Assembly (NCBI RefSeq): GCF_006345805.1
Contig: NC_043008.1
Coordinates: 7,006,001 to 7,070,000 of the forward strand
Length of the DNA: 64,000 bases
Origin: Octopus sinensis
Taxonomy: Eukaryota
Direction: 5' to 3'
Position 1 is the first letter of the stretch. Each line of letters starts with the position of its first letter. Positions 11,352-25,476 of this stretch are shown here, piece after piece. The translations under genes and the position numbers were made by a program. Below the pieces are notes generated by a model, which worked only from the letters and a program-made list of their open reading frames with translations, made no database searches and had not been told where the DNA came from.

Positions 11352-12667
11352 CTATATATTTAAGCCGACACACAATGTCTCGTATTATTAATAGTCAAGA
11401 CCTCGTCAATTGTCTGCGCTATTTTGTCTCCATAATTGCAGCTTGTTAGTGTTTGTATAATTATCCCACCATATTCTCTTCTAAACGTGTTATACAAAAG
11501 CGTACAGAGTCCGTACTCCTGGTAGACAATTTTCTGAATAGTATGAACCATTTGTCTGAAAGCGTTAGTTGAAGCAGCTTCATCTTGTGAATGATTCAAC
11601 GAAAATGAAAACCAAACAACATTACAATTATGTCTGATGGAGTGAAGTCTAAATGTCATATGACAACAAATGAAATTTGACCCTTGCTTCAAGCCAGAAG
11701 ATATTTGCCGCAGGCTGCTACCAATGAACTGAAATTGCCATCGCTGATTAACTATTTACGCTGTGGTTGGCCAGGCAAAGAACTAGATTTACTGTTCAAA
11801 ATGAAGGGAGGCATTATATGTGTATTGATAGCAATAGGTGACATTCGTTTCTAAAAGTATGTTTCAAAAACTTAACCCTTAACGTGGATACATTTAATGA
11901 AAAGTAGATTTTATACGCCACTTTATTGTTAGAGCAGAATATAGACATTTTGGTTTTGGCTTCAAACTACAAAACATTATTTTTTTCTCTGTAAATCTTA
12001 TGGAAAATCGATAGGGAAATGACAGGCTTATGAGCTGATTCTATTTCATTCGTGTTTTCTTCTTTTTTTTGTACGACGAAGAAATAAATTCTGTTTACCT
12101 AACACAATACCAGAAACAATAACATCATTATGGTAGCTGCACCAACCTATCAAAATATTAAAGAAAAGGGTTGTGGAGGAGACAAGACAAAATATAAGTA
12201 TGAGCAAACACAGCAACAAAAGCTATCACTGGTCTATGTATATTTAGGGGGAAGTCGGGGGGAGGAGATGGCTTTAGAATGGAAGAAATATCCCAATAGA
12301 AGCAGTACGTGAAATTCTTTCAATTTGTAGTTGAACCGATTTTATCGATTCCCTTCGAAAGGCATGACCATTAAAACCTTCATTCTTCTGCAACATAAAA
12401 ATAATAGTTTCCTTCTCTATTACAGAATCTAATGTTTGTCCTGTTTGGTTGCGGATAATGTTCCAAAATTCAAAGAAACAGGAACAGAAATGTATCGAGC
12501 TAGAATTTCGCTGAAATCTGCAAAATATTTCTCTGTGTGCGTTAGCATGTATATGTGTGTGTGAGTGTGATCATGCGTGTGTGTCCGTTTGTGTGTGTCT
12601 GGATGACGGTGATGATGAAGAATCCGCCGACTTAGTAATAGAGTATATATATATATATCATAATATC

Positions 12668-13068
12668 CTTTTCAATTCTGGGTACAAGGCCTGAATGTTT
12701 TCTTTTTTTTGTGAGGGCGGAGTAGATTAGATCGACCTCAATACACAACTCGTACTTAATTTATCGACCCCTAAAGGATGAAAGGCAAAGTCGACCTCGG
12801 CGGAATTTGAACTCAGAACGTAGCGGCAGACGAAATACCTATTTCTTTACTACCCACAAGGAGCTAAACATAGAGTGGACATACAAGGACAGACAAAGGG
12901 ATTAAGTCGATTATATCAACCCCAGTGCGTAACTGGTACTTAATTTATCGACCACCGAAAGGATGAAAGGCAAAATCGACCTCGGCGGAATTTGAACTCA
13001 GAACGTAACGGCAGACGAAATATCGCTGAGCATTTTGCCCGGCGTGCAAACGTTTCTGCCAGCTCGCC
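12668..13068 (-). mobile_element. SINE family A with internal duplication
   Basis: Two GGATGAAAGGCAAA(G/A)TCGACCTCGGCGGAATTTGAACTCAGAACG modules. Confidence 0.9.
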
Positions 13069-13989
13069 TTATATATATATATATATATATATATCATAAT
13101 ACCTAATGTGCAAAACCGTGACAGGAACATCCAACGACAACAGTTGTCTGTTCTTCTGGCTTTCACTGCAACGCCACCGAAACGAAATCTAAACAAAGGC
13201 TACAAGTCTGAGAGTAAGATTTTGTTTGTGTTCTGTTTCGTGTTCAACGAAAATCAATTAGACTTGCTAGAGTTGCCGCTTTAATCATGGATGACCCGAC
13301 CATGAAACATAGGTACATGAATATACATAAATGAATAAATAAATACATACATACGTGCATCCATACAAACAAACATACATATGCAAATGCGTATCTAATA
13401 CGTATCTAACGTTCTTTCAACTCCAGTGAAGGCATGGCTGAGAACCCGCCTCGTATTGTCGATAAGTTTGAAAGATAACAACAAAGGACACACACACACA
13501 CAAACGCATTCATGCACACATATATATGTATATGTATGTTACACACACACACACACACACACACACACGTATATATATAAATAACTATTAAAGTTTTATA
13601 TATATATCATATAAATATGCAAAGCTATTAAAGCTATGACATGCAAAATTGCACACTTACGTGTACAGACACATATATATGCATGCATTTATGCATACAT
13701 GCACGCTTGAATAAGTGAGCAGATATGTGCATATGAACTACACAGACATATATATATATACATGCATATATACGCATGCGATGGTGTGTAGATTTGCTTG
13801 CTACTTATCACCTTGTGACGAGGCTATTGGTAAGGAGAAGCAACAGTTATATATTTATGGTTTATAAATCAGTGAAAACTGCAAAGCTGTCATGCTAGAG
13901 ATGATAAGATTTCTCGTGACAGCAACCAATTAGCCTTTATTCACTGTCTTCATCTGTTACATATAATCCTGCTTAACTGAACTAAAATG

Positions 13990-14050
13990 TTCGTTATTAA
14001 AGCAGCGAGAAAGCGAGAGAAAGACAGAGAGATAGAGAGAAACAGAAAGC

Positions 14051-14101
<51 letters not shown>

Positions 14102-14261
14102 CTGAGGTATAAAAGAGCGGAAAGGAAGGAGAAAATGAAAGCGAGTCTGATTGAGAAACTGAAAGTGAAAGTTGCATACAAACGCGTGAGTGAGCACACA
14201 CACAGACATACATACATATACACACACACATACATATACACACACACACATGCACACACAC

Positions 14262-14294
<33 letters not shown>

Positions 14295-14484
14295 TACACA
14301 CACATACATATACACACACACGCACATACACACACACATACACACACACATACACACACACACACATACACACACAGACATATATTCACACTGTGAGGGT
14401 GGAGTAAAGACGGACAGAGAGAAGGGGAGAAAGAAGAGAAACGTGGAGAGGTGGAAATCAAGATAAAATTGCTAAATGTAAAGA

Positions 14485-14526
<42 letters not shown>

Positions 14527-14871
14527 ACGTATACTAAAAGAGAGAGGGTGGAAGATAAAGAGAGAGAGAGTGTGTGTGTATGAAAGATTTCAAGGCAAGT
14601 ATTTGAAAATATGGGGGTGGGGCATAAGTCTATGGAATGTTATACGGAGCGGAAGATAAGATAGGATATAGTGTGTGTGTGTGTGTGTTGTGTGTGTGTG
14701 TGTTGTGTGTACGTATGCACGAATGTATGTGCATACATGCATGCATGTGTATGAGTGTGTGCGTGCGTGTATGGAGAAGGTTGATTGAAAAGGTCTATAT
14801 TATTGTGGTGGTGCTAGTGGAGGCAAAACATGTTAGTTTGTGTGGCAGATGGAGTAGAGTGATGGGGGGGG

Positions 14872-14914
<43 letters not shown>

Positions 14915-15383
14915 GAATAAAGTACGAGTCGCAGTTAGAGGAAGTTGCATTAGCGACACAGAGATTAGCGAGATAAAGAGAGAGCAATGTAGATATGGAG
15001 AGAGATAAAAAGAGAGTAATGTGTGTGTATATGTGTTTATATACCTATGTATGTATATATGTATGTATATATATTATATATATATATATACACACATATA
15101 TATATGCATGTATATATATATATACATATATGTATACATATATATACATATATGTATATATATATATATATATATACATATATGTTATAAGATATATATA
15201 TATATATTATATACATATATATATATATATGTATGGTATATACATATATGTATATAGCGAGAGAGAGAGAGAGAGAGGCAGAGAGAGTGATCGATCAAGA
15301 GATATTTATGTTGTTTTCATCTGAGCCGTGAAATTATTTCCAGAGACCTAATCATCATTTTGAATGTGAAAAGAGAAAGAAAA

Positions 15384-15445
<62 letters not shown>
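13990..15445. repeat. Mosaic of (GA)n, (CA)n, (GT)n, (TA)n and (GAAA)n microsatellites
   Basis: Directly visible. Comparable simple-repeat blocks occur throughout the window (e.g. 5250-5635, 6590-7150, 17780-18490, 20780-20930, 27680-28460, 35850-36500, 38660-38900, 52720-52920). Confidence 0.95.
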
Positions 15446-15447
<2 letters not shown>

Positions 15448-15811
15448 GGAATTGTGAAATAGGAAGAGTGGAAATGATAAAGGTTAGAGTGTGAGAGAGA
15501 GAGAGAGAGAGAAAGATGAAAGAGATAGGATGAATTGATATTGAAATTCCCAGAATGTTACAATATGAAGGAAAGAAAAAAGGAAGAAAAGCCGAAGAAC
15601 AACAACACCGCCCCCCCCTCTTGTCCCTCGTTCCTTTCACAATAAAATTTAAATAGTTGGAAAACTTAACGTCTGTCTAATTTTGAGGATGGATTGGTGA
15701 ATGGACAATAGAAATACATCTGATGAGATCACGAAATGAAGTCTCAACCTCTTTCTATCAAATATATAATAATGTATTTTTATTAACAATGTTAGTTTTG
15801 GTATGTGAAGA

Positions 15812-16005
15812 AGCGTGGCTCAGTGGTTAGGGTATATGTGTTAAGATCGTAAGGTTGTGAGTTCGATTCGTGGCGGCATGTTGTGTTTTTGAACAAGGCA
15901 AGAATGAGGTGCCGTTGTGTTTCAAAGTCCTCCCCTCGTCACATTCTGTGACACGCTGAATCTCCCCGAGAACTAAGCTAAGGGTATGCGTGTCTGTGCA
16001 GTGCG
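15812..16005 (+). mobile_element. tRNA-derived SINE related to family C
   Basis: A box TGGCTCAGTGG, B box GAGTTCGATTC, followed by GTCACATTCTGTGACACGCTGAATCTCCCCGAGAAC. Confidence 0.65.
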
Positions 16006-16020
16006 AAGATGAAAAAGCGA

Positions 16021-16126
16021 GTAATGGGCGGACAAAATGCTTAAGGGCATTTCGTCTGTATCAACGTTCTGAGTTCAAATTCCGCCGAATTCGACTCTGC
16101 CTTTCGGGGTCGATAAAATGTGTACC
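16021..16126 (+). mobile_element. SINE family A fragment
   Basis: ACGTTCTGAGTTCAAATTCCGCCGAATTCGAC...TTTCGGGGTCGATAAAAT. Confidence 0.75.
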
Positions 16127-16127
16127 A

Positions 16128-16380
16128 ATCGTGCAAGGAATCAGCTACTGGGAAAGGCTGTCAATTTAAGGCTCTGCTCCAGAGTGCGAAAGCGGGAAAG
16201 ATATCCAGTGATATACTAACACATGTACCAAATTTTGGCATTGAAAGCTACTCAAACACAAGAACAGAGCGCTGCTGCAGAGTGCCAAAGATTCCAACAC
16301 CTTGATCAAAATACAGGAAGAGATACTGCAACAGCTTGAGTTTCCAGGAACCACAGCTCTTCAGCATCCTCCAAAATGTT
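16128..16380 (+). pseudogene. CR1-group LINE ORF2 C-terminal fragment
   Basis: Homologous to 39270-39530 (SYWERL..., VPNFGIESYSNTRT.RCCRVPKIPT, RYCNSL). Confidence 0.75.
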
Positions 16381-17791
16381 TGAATGTACTCGACTTCATC
16401 CCTTCCTCTGAACATGCTGACCGTGTGCAAAAATCTGAAACCAATTATATAGTGACTATACTGGGGCCAGTTCTACAGCCACTAGATTTCTCTAATGTTA
16501 TAAACATATTCTTTACGTTTTTTTTTACGTAAATTCATATTTTAATTGCAATTAATTAGCAAACCTACAACACGGTAAGGTTTGGTCAGATCCCATTGAA
16601 GTATCCTTTGGGTTTCATTCTTTCGGTGTCGGCAAAATCAAGTATCAGACCGGTTTGATGGGTTACCATTGTTTGAAGCATGGAGCGAGATGCCTTGAAG
16701 AATTTCTTCTCGTTCCTCACTTTCAAAATTCTTAGGTAGTAAACTTAATCTGGTACCCGCTATATCACCCGGCATCGACAACCGATCCAGCATTGTCATC
16801 GGGTGCTTGCGTACATTTAACGAAAGTTCCTTCCACTGTTTTGGAAGTATTCGGACAATGCCCGGTTTGAGTTTAACCCTGTCCTTTCTTACCCCAAAGT
16901 CTTGAAGATCCTCTTCATAAGTGTGTGTGTGGGGAGGATCATGGATGTTGCCCTTTCATCCCTAATGCAGAATCGAAACCAGTTCCAGTGTTCCATGCTA
17001 TGTATGAGATGCATAATTACGATTTCTTCACTGATGAAGTTACGCGTTTCCCACTAATTGCTAAAACTCTCACATACTATCCAGACTGAGATTCTTTGAC
17101 CATTCCCAGTCGAAATATTTCATTCTAGCTTGTCACAGTGTTTGTTCCATTCTTCACAAAAAAACTAAACTTAGAAACAAAAAATGAAACAAAACAAAAT
17201 GCAAAACAAAACAAAAAAAAATATACTGTTTGATTTATTATTATTGAAGATCAAAGTAATTGAGCTGAAGGTAATTTTAGACTAGAATTAATTAGGAAGA
17301 AATAATCAATTGTTATATTGTTGTCAGAATGTACAGTTTGTCGGACAACGGTATTTAATTATAAACATCTAGATTGCGAGGTCAAATCGCGCCGGAGCCA
17401 ATTCTATCATTTATACTTCTGGAATCAATGGTATGATTGCCAGTAATGTATTGTAGCGCCCTCTACCTCACTCTCTCTCTCTCCTTTTATACTACTTGCC
17501 CGCTGTCTGTCTCGCCAATCCAACAAAAACAATTGAAGTAAATAACGGAAAAGGCAATGTAAATAACATTCTGTAATAAACAACAACAACAACAGTCACA
17601 ACAATAACATCATCATTAATAATAATAACAACAACAACAGCAATAGGAAGAATGAATGAAGAAGTCTGACGATATAAATAAAATCAATTCATCTCCACTC
17701 GTTCCATTTTCCAGGAAACTAAGGTCAAAGAGGCGAAAATAGAAAGTAAACAACTGTTAAAACAATGACATCGGCCTACACACACACACAC

Positions 17792-17828
<37 letters not shown>

Positions 17829-17965
17829 ACACACACACATACACACACACACATACACACGCACACACACACACACATTTACAAACAAACATACTATACT
17901 TAAATAGGAGCAAACCACGTGAGTACGCGCATATATATATATATAATATATATATATATATAAAG

Positions 17966-18004
<39 letters not shown>

Positions 18005-18207
18005 TACATATATATATATATATGTGTGTGTATGTGTATGTATGTATGTATGTATGTATATATGCAGTCATTTTGTTATTTCTAGTAGATAAGTGGATAA
18101 TAAGGATAGGGAAAATGAAATAAATAGATCAATTTAACTGAATATTTTTCATTGTTTCGGGCTGAGTGATGATAGTTTTATTTGTATGTACATATAACTA
18201 CGCGCGC

Positions 18208-18264
<57 letters not shown>

Positions 18265-19040
18265 TAATATATAGAGAGAGAGAGAAGAGAGAGAGAGAGA
18301 AACAGATAGATAGATAGATAGATTATATAGATAGATAGATAGATAGATGGATAGATAGATGGTAGATAGATAGATATATATAGATAGTATATAATAGATA
18401 GATATAGATATATGTACGTGTATGTATATATGTTTACGTGGATATACATATATAGTTAAATAAACAGATATATATGTGTGTATGTGAATGTATATATATA
18501 TGTAAATATATCTATATGTACGGACACCTTTGTCTATGTTGTTGTGTGTGTGTGTGTGTGTGTGTGTGTTTGAGTGCTGTATATAAATGTGTGCGACTGA
18601 ATGTTGAACCGGCGCATTGAATGCCCACCACAGAGAACTGACAATTGCCCTGAAGCTTGAGAAGAAATAGGTCTAAATCTTTTGTAGTTTCGAATGAAAA
18701 ACATTGAAACCCGCTGGCAACGAACTCCTGCCCTTGCAACACTTCATCTAACAAAAAAAAAGAAAAATCTCAAAAAATCACACTTTTCCAGTTTCGGCCA
18801 ATTTCATTCACAATCAGTTTCATACGGAACCATTATAGACGGATTCTGACTCATTCCATTTCCAATGTATAGTCCTTGCCTTTCAAAAAGGTTGCGGTGG
18901 TGAATATACACACCACAAACAATAGTGTATAATGCTTTCTTCCATCATCATCATCATCATCATCACCTTCTTGTTGTTCCTCTTCCTTTCTCTCTTTCTC
19001 GATATACACAAGTATATAGATATATATATATATATACAAC

Positions 19041-19194
19041 CTTTAGTCGAGCAAATCGACCCCAGGACTTTGTAAGCTTAGTACTTATTCTATCATTCTC
19101 TTTTGCCAAACTGCTAATTTACGGGGACGCAAACACACCAGCATCTGTTGTCAAGTGATGTTGGGGGGACAAATACAGATACACAATCATATAA

Positions 19195-19243
<49 letters not shown>

Positions 19244-19406
19244 CGACGGGCTTCCTTCAGTTTCCGTCTAACAAATCCACTCACATGGCTTTGGTCGGCC
19301 TGAGGCAATAGTAGACGACACTTGCGAAAGATGCCATACAAGGGGACTGAACCCAGAACCATGTAGTTGGGAGGCAAGCTACTTATCACGCAGCCACTCC
19401 TGCGCC
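19041..19406 (-). mobile_element. SINE family B, near full length
   Basis: Reverse complement runs from GGCGCAGGAGTGGCTGCGTG through the internal (GT)n to CGACTAAAG. Confidence 0.9.
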
Positions 19407-19437
19407 TATATATATATTATATATATATAAATATGAG

Positions 19438-19666
19438 AGGGTACCACTATGTGGAAGCCCTTACGCTAAAAAGAGATCCGCATAGGTCTCAACCACTAAG
19501 AATTGTTCTCCAGAAAATTTAGCACACCAGAAACGTAAGCGAGCAAGACAAATGAAAAATAACAAAAAATTCTGGTGTGCTAAATTTTCTGGAGAATAAT
19601 TCTTACAGGTTGAGACCTATGCCGACCTCTTTTTTAGCGTAAGGGCTTCCACAGAGTGGTTTCCCT
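19438..19666. mobile_element. Foldback MITE with about 95-bp inverted arms
   Basis: 19438-19532 is the near-perfect reverse complement of 19570-19666, with a 37-nt spacer; termini AGGG...CCCT. Confidence 0.85.
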
Positions 19667-19768
19667 ATTTATTTATATAAAGATACTATTTACTGAATCT
19701 CAGTTTTTTATGCCTAGACCACTGTTGTTAATGATGTTCTTAAATTAATATCCAATTTTTCACCCTTT

Positions 19769-19808
<40 letters not shown>

Positions 19809-20020
19809 TATGTATATATATATTGTGTGTGTGTGTGTGTGTGTGTAGATGTATGTATGTATGATATACATGCATATATGTTACAGGACGTCACTATAGT
19901 GCAAATAGCATGAAATACGTAAACAAACGAGCAGAATACGTAAACAAGAAAAATAGAAAACAGGACCAGTAAATACAGAGATATTACACACACACATATG
20001 TATATATATACTCTTTCTCT

Positions 20021-20206
20021 CTTTTACTCTTCTACTTGTTTCAGTCATTTGACTGCGGCCATGCTGGAGCACCGCCTATAGTCGAGCAACTCGACCACGG
20101 GACTTATTCTTTTTGTAAGCCCAGTACTTATTCTATCGGTCGCTTTTGCCGAACCGCTAAGTGACGGGGACGTAAACACACCAGCATCGGTTGTCAAGCA
20201 ATGCTA
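20021..20206 (-). mobile_element. SINE family B, 3' part, cut by an assembly gap
   Basis: CTTGTTTCAGTCATTTGACTGCGGCCATGCTGGAGCACCGCC. Confidence 0.9.
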
Positions 20207-20306
20207 NNNNNNNNNNNNNNNNNNNNNNNNNNNNNNNNNNNNNNNNNNNNNNNNNNNNNNNNNNNNNNNNNNNNNNNNNNNNNNNNNNNNNNNNNNNNNN
20301 NNNNNN
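20207..20306. other. Assembly gap (100 N)
   Basis: Run of N. Confidence 1.
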
Positions 20307-20433
20307 CTCTCAATACATATTCAAGTATTGTATTCGTGCAACCGTTGTCTCCATCCTGCCAGTCAATTTCCCCTGTACCTTTCTGGCTGTATCACCTATC
20401 ACTCAACCTCTTCCTCCTCCTTCTTCTTCTTAT

Positions 20434-20484
<51 letters not shown>

Positions 20485-20805
20485 ATAATATATATATATG
20501 TATGTATGGATACATTCATACATACACTAACACATAAACAGTGCTTCAGCATGACCGCAGAGCCGCTTGGTTGAAGCACATGAAAGAAATCAAATGCACA
20601 CACACACACGCACGCACACACACACACACACACACATACACACACAAGCACGCACACACACACACACACACATCATTTAACTCGCTACAACTTCGACGAA
20701 ATGACTACAACATTAATATCTACCTCACCTTTCTCTATATATTTGACTCTGTCTGTTTCTCTGTTTGTCTGTCTGTATGTCTCTCGCCCTGTTTCTCTCC
20801 CCTCC

Positions 20806-20903
<98 letters not shown>

Positions 20904-20997
20904 AATCTATCTATCTATCAATCTCTCTTTCTACATGTCTGGCTGCATGTCTCTGTCTAAGCACACACATATACAGCCATTTGTATGATTATGAATA

Positions 20998-21350
20998 GGA
21001 GTGGCTGTGTGGTAAGAAGCTTGCTTCCCAGACACATGGTTACGGGTTCAGCTCCACTGCGTAGCACCTTGAGCAAATATCTTCAACTGAAGCCTAGGGC
21101 CGACCACAAAGCTCGTTGTGTGTGTGTGTGTGTGTGTGTGTATGTAGGTATTTGTGTGTCTATGTTTGTTCCTCACCATCACTTGGCAGCCGATGCTGGT
21201 GTGTTTATGTCGCCGTAACTTAGCAGTTTGGCAAAAGTAACCGATAGAATAAGTACTAGGCTTACAAAGACTAGATCCTGGGGACGATTTGCTCGACTAA
21301 AGGCAGTGCTCCAGCCTGGCCGCACTCAGATGACTTAAACAGGTAAAATA
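20998..21350 (+). mobile_element. SINE family B
   Basis: GGAGTGGCTGTGTGGTAAGAAGCTTGC...GATAGAATAAGTACTAGGC...GTGCTCCAGCCTGGCCGCA. Confidence 0.9.
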
Positions 21351-21704
21351 ATGAAAGAATAGAAGAATACGTGTAGATCTCTATCTTCATAAATATGTCG
21401 AAGATGAATATTTTAGTCTTTAAGTGTAAGCATCCACCAAGAGACAAGAATGCTATGCAAATGTGACCATATGTCTACAGGCGTATATTTCTGTAGTTTA
21501 GAGTTTATGCGAGTGTGTATATTGCTGTAGCTAAATATATGTTCAACACTCGCGTGTGTGTATTTGCCAGTTATTCCTTATGATTCCTCACGGCGGTGCG
21601 GTGAGGAGATTATCTACGCCAAAACTATCTTCATAAATGTCTACCATGCGTTTATGGAATCCAGTCAGCAGAGCCGTGCTCTGTTTATTCACACACACAC
21701 ATTG

Positions 21705-21745
<41 letters not shown>

Positions 21746-21872
21746 TATATATAAATGAAGATAGATGTATGTTTTATATGTATATATTATTTGCGTGTGA
21801 ATATATGTTTATATCTGCATATATACAAATATATATATTGGTATCTCTCTATATTAATATGAATATAGATAT

Positions 21873-21920
<48 letters not shown>

Positions 21921-22099
21921 GTATGTATGTATTCATATACATATGAATGTGTGTGTATATAAGCTCATATATACAGGTGTATGTTTTGGCACTTTGTCCG
22001 AAATTTCAGTCAGAGGAGCTGAGCTACATATAACTTGATACATATATACATATCTGTGCCTGAATGTGTTTGTGTGTCTGTATATACGTATGTGTGTGT

Positions 22100-22132
<33 letters not shown>

Positions 22133-22256
22133 TGTGCGCGCGCGCGTGAGTATGGTCTGTATATCTAGATACGTATATAGAAATACATAGACACACAGCG
22201 CGTGAGCGCGCACAGACTGACACATATGTGTTTGTGTGTGTGTATCTATATATATA

Positions 22257-22303
<47 letters not shown>

Positions 22304-22719
22304 CACACACACACACGCACGCAAACAAAGAGAGAGAGATAGAGAGAAAGGTAAGGAGAGAGAGAGACATTCCATGAAAGCCTGTATGTGTGCTGCATTG
22401 TGTATTCATGTATAAATACATTTATATGTATGTTTTGGCACAATGGTCGTTTGTGGCACCGCTCTTTTGGCACTTTCCCTCCCCACCTTATTCTCCTAAG
22501 TATTTCCGAAGAAAATGGAGGAATATTCGTTTGAATATTAGCAGAAAGTATTTATATTGAAGCGAGACAACAGAAAATTGCAACCAACACACACATCCCT
22601 ACCTTTTACTTTACTGACGCATACACCTTTACAACACCGAACACACACACATACACATACACAGTCGTATAGATCTGTTTATATACCCATATCTATGCCT
22701 GCTTATACATATCTCATTT

Positions 22720-22816
<97 letters not shown>

Positions 22817-22899
22817 TCACACACATGTATACACATAATTTGTATGAATATATATATATACATATATATATACTTATTTATTTATATATTTATATGCAT

Positions 22900-23277
22900 G
22901 CGTGGCTGCGTGATAAGAAGCTTGCTTTCCAACCCAAAGGTTCTGGGTTCAGTCTCACTAAGGCACACCTTGGGCAAATATTTTCAACTGTAGTCTCGGG
23001 CAGACCAAGACCTTGTGAGTAGATTTGGTAGACGGAAACTGAAAGAAGCTCGTCGTACACACACACACACACACACATATATATAAGTATGTGTGTATAT
23101 ATTTGTGTGTGAGCGTCTGTGTTTGTCTCTCTACCATCGCTTGACAACCGATGTTGGTTTTTACGTCCCAGTAACTTAGCGGTTCGGCAAAAGAGACTGA
23201 TAGAATAAGTACCAGGCTTACAATGAATAAGTAGTGGGATTTGTTCGACTAAAGGCTGTGCTACAGCATGGCCGCAG
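22900..23277 (+). mobile_element. SINE family B
   Basis: Same head, internal CA/GT tract and 3' module as the other copies. Confidence 0.9.
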
Positions 23278-23285
23278 AATATATT

Positions 23286-23317
<32 letters not shown>

Positions 23318-23951
23318 ATAAGTATGTGTGTATATATTTATGTGTATGTGTGTGTATTTATATACATGTGAGTACACATGTACTTATGTACGTATGTTCC
23401 AATGTGAACAAAAAAACACAGACATTGTTCCAGTTTCTATTAATAACTATTAATAATAAAAAGAAAATTTTTAAAAATAAGCATTTACTGGAAATCGAAA
23501 CCACATTTCACACTCGAATTGCTTGGAAGTGACCGTTACCTCCCTTGTGCCCGCCACATTAGACTAGTTGTTTATAACTCTACTGAAGGTCTAAATGCAT
23601 TCCTCTTCAAGAACGTACATTTGGCGATATAGGATAGGTGAGAAAGAGTAAAACTGCCAAGTTTTATATTTATGTGTCGGATGTTAAGGTTTAGAGTTAC
23701 CAAACTCCAAAGTATTCTTCACCTCCTTTCGCTTCTGCTTCATACTGTAAATTCTGTAGATTTGTCGACGGGAATGTTGGTTATTGCCAAGTTTCCTTTG
23801 TACAGCATTAGAGAAACAAACGATTTTTAACTGGGTATCTACAGAATCTAAATGGTTCAATTACTTCTCCAATGGTTTATCTCAGCGGTTGATTTACACC
23901 AACTAATTACTGACTCTGGTTGCAGGTAGCAAAGGGTTAAACGAGTAAAAT

Positions 23952-23990
<39 letters not shown>

Positions 23991-23992
<2 letters not shown>

Positions 23993-24125
23993 GGAGAATT
24001 CACGAAAAAAACAAAAGACGAAGACAGGTGGCGTAGAAAACAATGAGTGAGTATTAGTATGACGCTCGGGAATTGAAAAAAGTCTTTTATGTTTCGAGCC
24101 TACGCTCTTCCACAGAAAGGAGCAC
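23991..24125 (-). mobile_element. Family H copy 2 (hammerhead-like 24084-24119)
   Basis: The minus strand reads CUUU-CUGUGGA-A-GAGC-GUAG-GCUC-GAAA-CAU-A-AAAG; it abuts (TA)n. Confidence 0.7.
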
Positions 24126-24182
24126 GACAGAAAGAAAGAAACAAGGAAGAAAACAAATGTGTGTAGTGGCTACCGATCTATC

Positions 24183-24232
<50 letters not shown>

Positions 24233-24477
24233 TATATATATAATATATATATATATATAATATATATATATATATTGCAATAGTATTATCTTTATATACA
24301 CCTAGATATTGTTGATGCTGTTAATAAAGATGATTTAATGTCTTTCTTTCTTTCTGTCTGTCTGCCTTTCTTTCTTTCTCTTGGTCTATTTAATTTTCGT
24401 ACAATTCACCGATTTGGTTTAATCTGCTGCGTGCGTACATATACGATAGAATAATTACTAGGATTACAAAGAATATG

Positions 24478-24637
<160 letters not shown>

Positions 24638-25189
24638 AAAGGATGTGTTATAATAATGTTCCATATATGCAAAAACAGCCATACCAACAATCCAACATAC
24701 CTCCATCATCAGCTGCCCCACGGATATCATTATAGTTTCGACACCTGGGGATACTATTCAGTTAAAATAAGTGCTGCTTGGGAACAAACAAATCAAAGAA
24801 ACCACAAATTCCAGGCACGATGTACAACAGTATCGGTAAATATATGCATTAAGTAAATCTATAACCAATTCCTAAATATGTAACTAAACACCGACCAAAC
24901 CTTCAAGTTATACAAAATATATTCCTTCCAGTTTTCCATAGTATAATATATATATATATATATGTATACCCGCGTGTGCAAATGTACATAGGCATATATA
25001 CCATCGTGCACATATGCTGTCAGCTAAAGGCTCCCATATTTCAATTTATTTGACGAAAGAGGCAAGACGTGATGTCTTAGAAAAGCCCGTATATGTAATA
25101 TAGTTGACTCTACTACAAATATTCCACGATAAATGTTTACTTTTATTTAAAAATTTATAAAATTTACAACCCTAATATCGACGTTAATG

Positions 25190-25253
<64 letters not shown>

Positions 25254-25437
25254 TGATGATGATGATGATGATAGCATAGATGTATATGTTTGTGAATGTG
25301 TATAAATAACGCATACACAAATACACATATGCATATAGGTATAGATATACACACGCAAATTTATATTTTAAGTTTGGTTATATGTGTGTGTGTGTGTGTG
25401 TTATTGCGATTGTGTGATTTTGTTTATGTGTGATGTG

Positions 25438-25476
<39 letters not shown>

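Noticed and set aside
11360-11850. 110-aa minus-strand ORF and a plus-strand LINYLRCGWP motif resembling a Gypsy connection region
   Set aside because: No other retroviral motif nearby and no recognisable family; a homology search is needed.
15715-15750. CTGATGA...GAAA hammerhead-like boxes
   Set aside because: No stem I or stem III partner and stem II is too short.
16560-17150. Mixed-composition region suggesting a decayed retroelement ORF
   Set aside because: No diagnostic motif could be aligned with confidence.
23680-23940. piggyBac-like element ending AAAGGGTTAA
   Set aside because: Only the right end matches; no convincing left terminus.
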